This document shows, one piece after another, positions 24,501 through 37,600 of a stretch of DNA of 64,000 nt; position 1 is the stretch's first letter; every line of letters begins with the position of its first letter. A program made the translations under genes and the position numbers. Below the pieces are notes generated by a model. That model was not told where the DNA came from. It ran no database searches and saw only the letters and a program-made list of their open reading frames with translations. The DNA comes from Anolis carolinensis (lineage: Eukaryota): positions 146,271,036 through 146,335,035 of the forward strand of contig NC_085842.1 of assembly GCF_035594765.1 (NCBI RefSeq), written 5' to 3'.

Positions 24501-27426
24501 ATCATACCAGATATTTATAACACATAACCAGTCTAACCAAGATGGTCATCTGGCAACTATGGCAGTACTTAATGGAGACTTGGAGGTAGAAAATGAACAG
24601 AAGTTGAGAATCATGGCAAAGTCATCACATACCCAAAATGGAGTGGTTGGAACGGAGTCCCTCCAATTGCTTCTCCATCCTGGAGCCTAGAAATGACAGA
24701 TTCCCGTTAGCAAGGCTTATGTGCTTCAAAGTCCATTGATTGAAAAGAATAAGACGGTAAATGTTTGCATAATCAAATAATGTGGCACACTCTTAAAGAA
24801 ATGGATTTGCCCCATCATTGGAATAAATGATCACTAGGGCAAATTAAGCCTGAACTCTCTCTAGAATCCAAAATGACTAAACTGAAACTATTGAACTATG
24901 GACATGTCATGAGAAGATATGACTCACTAGAATGAACAATTATGCTGTAATAGTTATATTACAGATGGGTAGATTCAATCACTTAATCAGGGAAGCCATA
25001 GCACTGAGTCTGCAAGACTTCTGCAAGACGGTTGATGACAGGGTGACCTGAAGATCTCTCATTCATAGAATAATCATTAGTCAAAGTTGACTGAATGGCA
25101 GTAAATGTTTCTGAAATGTTTCCTTGTGATATAGGGCCCTTTTCAACTGATCTAAAATATGGACCCAATTTGGCATCCCAATCTGACACCTGATTGGGAC
25201 TTCCTCGGCTGCGTTGGAGGCGGATTGGGCCAAATGCAGTTTAGTGCCCCAGGGCAGGCACCCTGGATGAACCCCTCTCCCTGTGTCACAGCAGTCCACA
25301 GCTGTGACATACCACACATCTTGTTCCCATTGCTTGCTCTGATGTCAGCCAGAGCGAAAGCATGCCAGGGGAGGAAAGTGAAAGGACAGTGGGGCAGGGG
25401 ACTGACATCCCATGTCCTGGGCTGCCCGAGCCAGGAAACACAGGGTGGCAGCCAGGACAATTGCAGCCAGTTTCATTTGAGAACTAATTCAACTGTTCTG
25501 ATTGCCCTGAATTGGGAGAAGCCTGAATCCTGGGGCAGCCCTGGGCAGTGTTTACGCCACACAAATGTATCAAGAAAGCATTAATGAAACTGTATACAGA
25601 GAACAAAAAAAGTAAAGAAATAGAAAATAACAGTAGCCAATAGGCAATGTCACAATACAGTGCATCAAAGTGTATAAAGATGTATTCAGAAAACAACTAT
25701 GTAAGTGGAGGCACTTAAAAATCGTATACATAGCCTTTGCAAGGGATTCCATGATTTGACTTAGAAGTGCAGCAATGTCCAAATACATTCAAATCTATCT
25801 AACATGACTTGGACCGAAATGTGGTTCTGAACTTCACTGTGAAGGATAGGCTGAACAGCTTGTCTCCTTTACAAATTTGCATCCTTGCTTTTCTTTAAAA
25901 AAAATAAATAGTTATGTCTCCCACTGTTCCTTTAGTGGGCTGAAAAGATGTATACCTTCTCTCAGTTTCTGGTAACTTTAACTTCACAGTAATTCTATAA
26001 ATTAGTCCAGGAAAAGAATAATGGGCCCAGGAAATGTTATGGCTTGATGGAAATTAAAACATGACACTTCCTGAATACAAGGTCAACACTGTTGCCATTC
26101 TGGCTTTTGCAGTAGTGGTGTGTAAAATGATGTCTGGAATGAATGCAGTATACCAAAGATGGCCCAATTATAGAATAAATGTGAGGAACTGGGGAGTCCT
26201 TGCTTTATCCATTATTAATATTAAATCAAGCGGGGGGTTTTATGTTGGAATCCACCCTGAGTCCCCTTGAGGAGATAGGGCGGAATACAAATAAAGTGTT
26301 GTTGTTGTTGTTGTTGTTGTTGTTATTTTCGTGTCAAGGGCAACTTGAGAAACTGCAAGGAGCCCCCGGTGGCGCAGTGGATTAAACCTTTGTGATGGCA
26401 GGACTGCTGACTTGAAGGTTGGGTTGCTGACCTGAAGGTTGCTGGTTTGAATCCAACCTGAGAACAACATGGATGAGCTCCCTCTATCAGCTCCAGCTTC
26501 ATGAGGGGACATGAGAGAAGCCTTCCACAAGGATGGTAAAAACTTCAAAACATCCAGGGGTCCGTCCCCTGGGCAACGTCCTTGCAGGCGGCCAGTTCTC
26601 TCACACCAGAAGCGATCTAGCAGGATGACTGGCCCAAATGCATACTCTTTAGTCTTTCTCTGCTCTGTATGGTCAACAGTGAAATTAGTAATTGTGTATA
26701 TTGCAATATAGTCTCTTATCACTTGATATGAAGTACAGTTTGGGATTATTAAAACAATATCATCATGGTCAAACATGCATTTGAAAAAAAAACTCTTTCA
26801 AATGTAACATTGGTTGGGCAGAAGTCAGCACATTCCATAGTAATAAGTTCAAATGGACACCACATGCCAAATAGCATATAATTCAGGTCTATGTTAATAA
26901 TTGCTTAATTTTTCAAAATCTCTTCCTGAAATAAGTATTGCAAAATGGGGAGGCATTCATATAAGTATACTTCTGCATATAGGGAGATTGTGAAATATCC
27001 ACAGGAGCTACAAACAGCATGATCTTTCTGCTAGGAGTCACAGTCCTTCTGCATTACTCCAAATGTAAAAAAATCAACTGAATCCAAGGTCCAATAATGG
27101 TGTTACACACAAAAGTATATATTTCAGCAGCTGCTCTTATCCTTCCAAGCCCCATCCCAAGAAGCTACTATGGGAGTGGATTATGTTGTGTCCAAGAAAA
27201 CACATGTTATGCTCAGAACCCTGTTGGACTAAAAAAGTGGCTTGGAAAGGAACAAAAAACAACAAGCAGGGGAAGGGTTTAGCATCTCTGGATTGATCAA
27301 ACCATTAAGCAGAGGATGAGATAGCACAATGTTATGAGGACAAAGCTGTGTGTGCCACACAGAATATCCTAAATTTCCCTTGTCTGGCCTATTCCATCAT
27401 TTGGGGGTAGTGAACAGCGTTTTGCC

Positions 27427-27467
<41 letters not shown>

Positions 27468-28599
27468 TCATAAACTGGACACAGATGGAACTGGACAAGA
27501 AAAACAAGAAAACTCATGACCATTCATCATTCACTGCACCCTCGCAGTGATGTTGACCAGCTATATCTGCCTAGAAGATCGGGGGCAGAGGACTCTTACA
27601 AGTAAAACAAGCAGTCAAAGAAGAAGAACATGCCCTGGCAGAATATGTAAAGCAAAGTGAAGAACCTGCTTTGATTGAAGTCAAAAATCAGAAACTCCTC
27701 AAAGCACAGCAGACAAAAAACCAGTACAAGAAAGCCACACTACAAACTAGAGCTGACAGCTGGCACAACAAAACATTGCATGGAAAGTTCCTTGACAAAA
27801 TTGAAGGAAAAGCTGATAAGGAGAAGACCTGGCTATGGCTCACGAACGGGACCCTGAAGAAGGAGACAGAAGGCCTGATCCTTGTAGCCCAGGAGCAAGC
27901 CATCAGAACAAATGCAATTAAGGCCAAGATTGAAAAATCAGCTAATGACCCAAAATGCAGACTGTGCAAGGAAACCGACGAAACCATTGATCATATCCTC
28001 AGCTGCTGTAAGAAAATTGCACAGACAGACTACAAACAGAGGCACAACTATGTGGCCCAAATGATTCATTGGAACTTATGCCTCAAGTACCACCTCCCAG
28101 CAGTAAAGAACTGGTGGGATCACAAACCTGCAAAAGTATTGGAAAATGAGCACGCAAAGATACTGTGGGACTTCCAAATCCAGACTGACAAAGTTCTGAA
28201 ACACAACACACAAGACATCACAGTTGTGGAAAAGAAAAAGGTTTGGATCATTGATGTCGCCATCCCAGGTGACAGTCGCATTGACGAAAAACAACAGGAA
28301 AAACTCAGCCGCTATCAGGACCTCAAGATTGAACTTCAAAGACTCTGGCAGAAACCAGTGCAGGTGGTCCCGGTGGTGATGGGCACATTGGGTGCCGTGC
28401 CAAAAGATCTCAGCCGGCATTTGGAAACAATAGACATTAACAAAATTACGATCTGCCAACTGCAAAAGACCACCCTGCTGGGATCTGCGCGTATCATCCG
28501 AAAATACATCACACAGTCCTCGACACTTGGGAAGTGTTTGACTTGTGATTTTGTGATATGAAATCCAGCATATCTATCTTGTTTGCTGTGTCATAATAA

Positions 28600-28642
<43 letters not shown>

Positions 28643-31600
28643 GTTGTTGTTGTTGTTGTTTTTGTTTATTTATACCCCATTTTTTCTCTCCACAAAGGAG
28701 ACTCAAAGCAGCTTAGATATGGGTCCATTCAGCTCTTGCACATGGATTCATAAGTAAGGGAGAATGCTGTCTTGTCTGTTACCTCAGCCACTAACATTTC
28801 TTGATTTGTTCATGTTCCTTCCCAGTGCTTGAAAGGGCCTTATTTACATTTGAGTGCAACATTTACTTCAGTCCGTGTTCAGGTACTAAAATAAGTCCAT
28901 ATGGACAGCAATCTGTAAATTTTGACACAAATTCAAGCATGTTCATATTTAGGGTAGGGCACTACTGCATTAAAAGAACCAAAATCAGATTGGAAGTTCT
29001 AACCATTGGTTTTAATCCTTAGACGTTCTGTCTGGTGCACACATTCATGTACCCTCATTCAATGATTTGATACAATTGAATATACTACGTAACTATTAAT
29101 CTCTTTCTGGAATTGACCTACATTTCTGATGCCAAATAATGTTAAGTTTAAAGCTGCCAGCTTGCTAATTGTGATGCTTCAACAAAGTGAAATGAACTAA
29201 TACAGTGAGTCTAAAGCTCTGCTTCTTGGATTTTCCCTAGAAAATACAAGCCCCTCATTTATGGAATGCCTTGCCAGTTGAAACTCAAACTATCTGAGAC
29301 CTACTTGCCTTTCGGAAAGCCTGCAAAACCTTGCTCTTCCGACAAGCTTTCGATGGATGAAAAACTCGGGGCTATGTCTGTTTTTATTGTTGTTTTTATT
29401 GTTTTTATTGTTATTTTAAAGCTAAGTGTATTGTTTTAATCTATTTCTGTAAACCGCTCCGAGCCAAACTGGGAGTAGCGGTATACAAGTCTAATAAATA
29501 AATAAATAAATAAATAAATACTCTTTCATACAAGATATAGAAATTATAGTAGTACCCAAGTCCTGTAACTCTGTAGTGAGACAGAGACAACAGATAAACT
29601 GAAATAATTATATATATGTATTCATTTTTTTTATCTATCCCTTCTCCCCATGTAGCCATTACCATCATGCATTGATTTTATTTTAAAAAAAAGCTAGTGA
29701 GTTAACCCTGTGTTTAACATTGGTCTCCTTATGTGAAATTACTCAACCTATAAAAACAGATTCATGCCCAGCGACAGAAATAACACAGAAGTAGGAGATG
29801 GCAAAGCTCAGTTCTTACCATTTGCTGTCAATACAGCCTGATGGTCATTCAGCTGTTCTAATTTCCTGGCCATTTCAGAATCTGAAACAACACAAAATCT
29901 GATCACCACTGAGCTTGGTTAGTTCACAAAAAGGACAGTCTTGATTTTGACATTTTAGCAACCTTTTTACCACTTGGCAATGTGAGTTGAATGCTTCCTA
30001 AGAATCACAAGGAGAAGAGGTTCTTGAAAACACATACTGAAATGTTACTATACAACATATATATCTACAGTATATATCTATATCTATATCTATATATATA
30101 TATGAGAGATGCCATTTTAAAGTCAGCACCAGGGGTTCTGACTCTTGCTGAGCCCAACAAAAAAAGCTTGCTGGCTCCTGGCACTTAAGACTCAGGCTGA
30201 TGAAAGCCAGGATTAGGAACTGTGTCCCCGAAATGACCCTCTTTTCAAAGGGAAGGAGAGACTACAGAAACACAGGATGGCACCAAGGAGAGTTCTGTTC
30301 CAAAACTAGCCTAACTGTTCCATGGGGCCCAAAGTCAGGGGATAGTCTGAATTTTATGCCAGATTTGGATCTCCCCCAACTGTGGTTAATATAGGCCAAG
30401 GCGATGTTAAGACGCCCTTGCTCTGCATTACCCTGGATCAGATCTGTGAGACATTTAGCTGACACAGCTTAATCTGGCTTTACACTGACCTAAGTAATGT
30501 AGATATGGCTACAGACTCATCTCAACTGGCTACATCATATCATTGGTAGGAAACAGTATTAGGACCTCATCAAACACAGTCCTCTCCACATTTCTATACA
30601 CTTCTCATCCATTGAGGACTACGTGCCATGGAGCACATCATATGACGTTTCTTGACTTGCTGGCATCATCTGTAGCATTTCATCCTCAAAATGTGGTTGA
30701 TGTGTGTAGAAATGGGATAGAAGAGGAGACAGGGAGAAATAATGGTCTACGCCACTGAAGCAATCGAAAATGGGAGAAAGCACTCAAAAACACATGGGAT
30801 GGGATCTGTCAGATTTGCCCATGTTGTTTCATTGTAGTGTCATGGAGCAATGGGTGTTGCTATGTCTGGTCTTCTGGTGAGCATGGATGATCCAACTCTT
30901 ATCCCAAATTCTTCAGTTTGAGCCTGGTTCCTTTTTCTTTTTAATGTCACTGACAGAAATTGCACAACGGAAAGCTATCACTGCTCTGCAGTATGCTGTG
31001 CTTTCACAATACCACTATTTTAAACCTGTTATTTTTTTAAAAAACTATTGCTGCTACTTCAGAGTTCAGCAGCCATTACTCTTCCCTACATTAGTCATAG
31101 TACTTAGGAGTGTTCTTTTTTTCTAGGTGCTTTAAACTAGTATTTGAAAATACATAAATGCATTTTTTCATGTATTAGAAATTTAATGTATACATTCTTT
31201 ATATTGGCAAGCATTGATGTTTTATGTTAATAATAATCACCTTGTTTGAATGGTAAAGATTGTTAGAAGGATTTATTAGAAGGATATAATTTCTCCTTTT
31301 CAGTCTTTCAATTTCAACTCTGAAGAGGAGACAGAGAATCTCTGTGGCCATGATCATTAAAATTTTTTTTCCATTACTGGAAATTTAAATATTAACTAAA
31401 GAAGAAACACCTGGAATCCTGTGTCCAATTCTGAGAACCACAATTAAAGGGAGATGTTGACAAGCTGGAATGTGTCCAGAGGAGGGTGACTAAAATGATC
31501 AAGGGTCTGGAGAACAAGCCCTATGAGGAGTGGCTTAAAGAACTGGGCATGTTTAGCCTGCAGAAGAGAAGGCTGAGAGGAGATATGATAGCTATGTATA

Positions 31601-34600
31601 AATATGTGAGGGAAAGTCATAGGGAGGAGGGAGTAAGCTTCTTTTCTGCTGCCCTGGAGACTAGGATGCAGAACAATGGCTTCAAATTACAGGAAAGGAG
31701 ATTCCACCTGAACATCAGGAAGACCTTCCTCACTGTGAGAGCTATTCAGCAGTGGAACTCTCTGCCCTGGAATGTGGTGGGGCTCCTTCTTTGGAGACTT
31801 TTAAGCAGAGGCTGGATGGGCATCTATTGGGGATGCTTTGAATGCGATTTTCCTGCTTCTTGGCAGGGGGTTGGACTGGATGGTCCGTGAGGTCTCTTCC
31901 AACACTATGATTCTATGATTCTATGAAGGCGAAATGAAGGGCTTGCAGACTTGCAGTAAACAGATGGTTGTAGAGTTTGGAAATCCCTTTTTGAAGTACC
32001 ATGGAGTTTTGGAGTTCCGTGATTCTGACAACTTCCTAAATTTTTTAAAAAAGGAATACAGAGTGGGCAGGGACAGAACTTGCCCATATGATGGGTACAA
32101 ATGCAGGACAAAATGGGGGCAAGGCTGGGGAACATATCCATGATATATTCATAATTATCTGTTTTAGGATGGAACAATACAATTTCAGATGATTCATCCC
32201 ACCTCCCACCTCCTCATGTGATGAGGTCATTAGTCTCAGATGTTACCAGATTCCATTTACTGTTTGCCCCACATAGCATGAGCTTCTATCAAGAATGGGA
32301 ATCAAACAACATTTCATTCCTATATTATTATAGTATAAGGTGTATATAGTATAAGCTCGGGCTGTGACGCAGGCTGGAGAGCAGCTGCAATGAATCACTG
32401 CAATGAATCACTCTGACCAGGAGGTCATGAGTTCGAGGCCCGCTCGGAGCCTATGTTTGTCTTGTCTTTGTCATTGAATGTTTGCCTATATGTGTAATGT
32501 TATCCGCCCTGAGTCCCCTTCGGGGTGAGAAGGGCAGAATATAAATGCTGTAAATAAATAAATAAAAAATAAATATGATAAAAGGCCTTAAGACATAACA
32601 ATATATCAGGGAAGAAGGACTTTAGCCAACCTGAAACTAACTGAAAGTTTTCAGTCTAAATATTTGAAAACTTTTAAAATGTTGGTAATCTGATGAAAAA
32701 TATATTACAAATCTGATTTGGTTTCTAACACATAAAAACGTCAAGAAAATTTTATGAACACAAGAGGAAACAATTAAATAATACTAAAAACATATCAAGT
32801 TTCAATTTATTTCAGTATGTTTCCCCACTCCCTTTCTTCACTGCTCTTCCCTCCACCCCACCTCCTATATCTTACCTCTTAGAATAGACATAAATAACAG
32901 ACTCCAGAATCCTTACATTTTGAAATTGTAACTGCAAAAATTATGATCCATAGCAGAACTAAGACAGCATTCACAGCATAGAGGATGGGCAAGGACCTTC
33001 TCCCTGAAACACATGTGCGGTACTTCAGGAGGAAACTATCTGTGGACAACAAAAACACATCACATGGAATACCTGGCACAGAGGGAAGTGAGCAGTCAAG
33101 GAGCTAGGTAGAGATGCAGAACTCTTCAGAATGCAAATTCATAACAACAGAAACATTATAGAAATCAAGAGATGACACATTAGCCATGTAATACTTTACA
33201 TTAACAAGCACGTCTTTAATTCTAGAAGGCTTTGTCTAAAAGAGGTGATCTATAGCAACAAATAATGCTCCAGCACAAGAGAGACCAGATGCTTTTCTGT
33301 AGCCTGGCTTTTCAAACCCGCTTTTTCTCAGTTGAAGATATTGGAAAATAAAACCCATGACATCCTGAAAGCAGATGATTCTGAGCATCTGCATGGTAAG
33401 AGGGACATCAATCCAAAGTTCACTGGATCTTGTAGCCATGACTGCATCCAGTTTTCTGATAAGAAGTGCTACTTCATCTAATTTAATGGTGTATTTTCTT
33501 TTATAATGACATCTTATTTTGTAACCTCTCCATGCCTTAACTATTTACTTTAATTGGAGATACCTGATGTGTTGTGATTGAAATTCCATTATTCCTATGT
33601 GCCTAACCACCTATCCATGCTATACTGATATTGGTGGTGTGGGTATTTCACTCTCTGCCCTTGGATATCTCTAACACTGGTTCTCTTCCTGCCCAGACAA
33701 TCGATACAATCGAAAGAAAAAGTTCCAGTTGCTCCCAGGTAAGAATTATCAGGGCATGTTTTTCAGTGAGTTCATCAAGGCAAGTGAGATCAATGAGTTA
33801 TTCTTAGCATCTTCCTACAGCCCTGCCCCTCCATAACAAGCTTTTTCCAAGATTCATTTGAAGAATTTGTCCATGCTGGTCTAAATTGCCCATTAGTAGC
33901 CTTTTCTCCCTCCCAGTGTTCAGCACTAGGGGCTTTGACTCTTGCTGAGCCCAAGAAAAGAGCTTGCTGTCATCTGGCACTTGAGCCTCAGGTTGATGAA
34001 AGCCAGGATCAGGAACTGTGCCCTTGAGATGACCCTCTCTTCAAAGGGAAGGAGAGACTACAAAGTCAGCTGTTCATCCAGCAAAAGCTTGTACTAAGGA
34101 AGGGAACTTGCTGTTCTCTAACTCATTGAGTAATAACTAGGGCTTCTGACATCACTCCCAAGATGCTGCAGTAGACACAAGAACACAGACTAGAATTATA
34201 TTATGGCTACTTCTTCAAAAGAAGGCTTTTGCTATGCATTCACCTTTCTCCATTCACATTTGTACAGACAATTCAGATGTCATTGCCTTTAGTAGTTCTT
34301 CCATGTTGTCCCATTGCTATGTTTACTATTACTTTTCTCAACATGAGTTGAACAGAAGCTAGATTAATCTTATCCCTTGACAGGTTCAGCATCCACAGAA
34401 CTCCTTTCAAGCTCAGAACAACTGTAGGAAGAACAATAGCAAAATCAAGAATGGATTAATGGCCCACATGTTGGTGGTGGACCCACTGCCGATTCCATCG
34501 CTTCTTACCACAGACAGTTCATTAAGGAACTCTTTTACACCACATAGTTATAGTGCTATGATTCCACCTTAGCTGCTGTGGCAACAGCTTAAGGTATCCT

Positions 34601-37600
34601 GGCATGGGCAGTTTCACGTTTGCTAGCAGGGATTTCCCTGGTGACTCTGATTAAACCACAGACCCCAGCATTCCATAAGATGCAGTCATAGCAGTTAAAG
34701 TGGGATCATAGGCACTGCAATTGTGCAATGTGAAACTGGCAGATATATGACTGCTTTTTGGCTAGTAATGTTAGTAGCTGTCCGCCTTGGAACTATCCAA
34801 ATGTTTACCAATTGAGGTCAATCATGCTTTCTCCAATTTTCCTAAGTAGAAAACTTCTGGAGAGCTCCAACATGGATCTCGTGACTGTAGTGATCAGAAA
34901 GATAAGATTAGCAATCTCATAACACTGTACAATTAAACCTTTTGATTCTAATTTAATTGCCATGGTTGCAACCTTTGGAATCCTAGGATATTTAATTTGA
35001 GGCTCTGGAGTATTCCATAGAATTTTACCATGGCAGCTAGAATGGAATCACAGCATTATAACTGTGCAATGTGAAAGAGGCCCAGGGTTTTTCTATACAG
35101 TGCATAGCTCAGCCTCATTTTTTTATTCCAAAGTAACTGAGAAAAGACCCAGACTGTCAGAAGATTCTTGGCTCATGGGTAGGGGAAGCTTCAACCTTCC
35201 CTCTGCAAAAGTTTATTGTTCTTACATTTGTCCACCCATCTAGCTGAGGTGGAAATCCAGCTGCTACTTGAGAAGGAATTAAAATTAAGGGATAAATGGG
35301 TAAAGGAATGTTTTCTTCCCCACAAACTGCCGACCCAATTCAAATCAGGGGCATTCATGTGGTTTTTTTTTTGGAAAAAATGTAATAATGTGGTACCACC
35401 TCATGTAAAACTTTTCCAGTCAAAGAGAACCAAGTTAGAAAGAACAGATGGGAGGAGGAACTTATGAGCAAGAAACGTAAGTACTTTTTGTGTAGCCCTT
35501 TCCCATTTCCTGTGCCCAGGGAAGCAGCCTGTCTCATGTAAACCATTCAGACAGATATTATTCAAGGACACCAAATGGTTGATTACTTCACTTTTTATAA
35601 TACCTCTTGCACTGTGAGTGGAGGTGGGGATATTTTCAAGATGTGGATGGTGGAATCTGTGGATGCAAAATCCATTGATATGGAGGAACAATTGAACAAA
35701 TTTAGGGAACAATAAGCTCCCTCAGTCCCCATTTGCCATGCAGCAGCATCTGCAATTGACAGGAATCTATTGCCCTGTTTTTCAGTATACAGATTATGGA
35801 TGTTTCCACCACCACCTCTCATACCAGCAATCTACGGCACAGGGAGGAATTTTGACAAGGTCCCTGTTTCTGGCTGTCACACCAAAAATCACTCACAGGA
35901 GAGGGTGGGAGCATCAAATAATTGCTTCCCGATGGACAGGGAAAGAAACTCCTGTCAGTCTCAGTGGCTGCTGCCTAGAAAGTGGGATTTGTGGGGGGGG
36001 GGGGGGGGGGGGGGGGCTGGGAGTCACTGCATATTCCAAAATTCCTGACAAGATTCTGGCCAGTAAATTATTTATCCCTTAAAATTAGACAACTGAAAAC
36101 TAGTTAATGCAATTTGAAACAATGTCAATCATAACATGTGTGTAAATTGATGTTGTTACAACGCCACCAGTGGTACCACTCAGGCTTCCGAGAGGAAGGT
36201 ATTCCATAACAGGAGTGGCATAGCAGAGACTGGGATGCTTACCTCACTACTACATATTGAGTCCTGCTGATCATACAGAACTTTGACCTTGTTCACACCA
36301 GCATGGCTATCAGTTGGTGGTTCTGTCTTGATTTGCAAGTGTGGAGGACTTATTACCTAATCTGAAGAGAGAAGGTTGAAATTTCCCCTACACGTGAGCC
36401 AAGAGGCTTTAGTTACATGTGACTCAACTGAAATTTGGAGAGGCACAAGACACACACCAACTTGGCTGACACACCTCATCAGACAGGGTGACTTTAGCAT
36501 CCTAGGACACTTCCACCCCATCTAGAGGACTGATGAGCTTGCTGTCCATCAGATGATGCAAGGGAATTTCCTGTGGAAGCCCACCCCCAACTGGAGTGAA
36601 AGTGTCCCTGGATGCTTTTACCCCAACACAGGAGGGTTCCTGTGCTGTGCTGGCACCAATGGAGCAGGCATGGGCCTCCCTGCAATGTCAATGCTTTCCC
36701 CGTGTGATGTGGACTTTAAGATAAGGTCATTATTAGAGTTGTAAATGGACAAATGCTTTTCGAATGACACCCCTAAAATTCCTCAACAAGTGGGATGCAT
36801 GGAGTTGTCTTCCAAACAGTGACTTGTCCAAATTCTGCCCCTAATCAAAAAGAGCAGCTGCAATTTCCTGTTTCCTCTGTTGCAACACTTTTCAATGTAA
36901 ACAATTCAGAAATTTAGCTCTAATGAATCAATGAGTCCTCTGTGAGATGAGTACACATATCTTCAAACCAACTTCCAAATATCACAAAATAAACAATGAT
37001 GAAGAGAGAGGAGAGTGTCATAAGGCACAGAGTAGATGTAGTGAATACCCAAATAATAATTAGCAGAGCATATAATGATGTTCATTATAGCAATATCGTG
37101 ATAATCTCTCCTATTTCTCAATAATGGAACTCAAGATGGCTTTCTAGGTTGTTGTAAATGATTAACATTAAAACTATATAAAATAAATAAAAAGTTTAAA
37201 TACTAGTAAAAGGGTAATGTATTGATAAAGTTATAACCCAAGTCGAAACCTCTATACAGCTCCACCACCCACTTTCTGGATGTTTGAAAGACCCTGTCCT
37301 TAGCCCATCAAACAGAGCTAGGGTCTTAGTTCATACAGAACTAGAAAATATATGTCTGGGTTTTACCAACTCAACTGCAGACAAGGAACACAGGAAGCTG
37401 CCAGATCAAACAATGAGTTCATTAAGCATGAAAATGTCTACAATACTCCTTCCTATTCTGGTTCCCTTTATATATTTTGATCTATTATCATTCATTCATT
37501 CATTCATTTCTATCCCGCTTTTCTCCCATGGGTGGGACTCAAAGCGACGTACAAAGTTAAAATACATTGGCATACAATACATAATCAACATACACAAATA

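Noticed and set aside
27671-28561. 296-aa ORF as a host gene
   Set aside because: It is the C-terminus of a 5'-truncated R4 retroelement with no RT domain or promoter.
36243-36361. Candidate extra exon in gene B intron 1 (strong GAG|GTAAGC donor)
   Set aside because: Stops in the required phase-1 frame from either acceptor.
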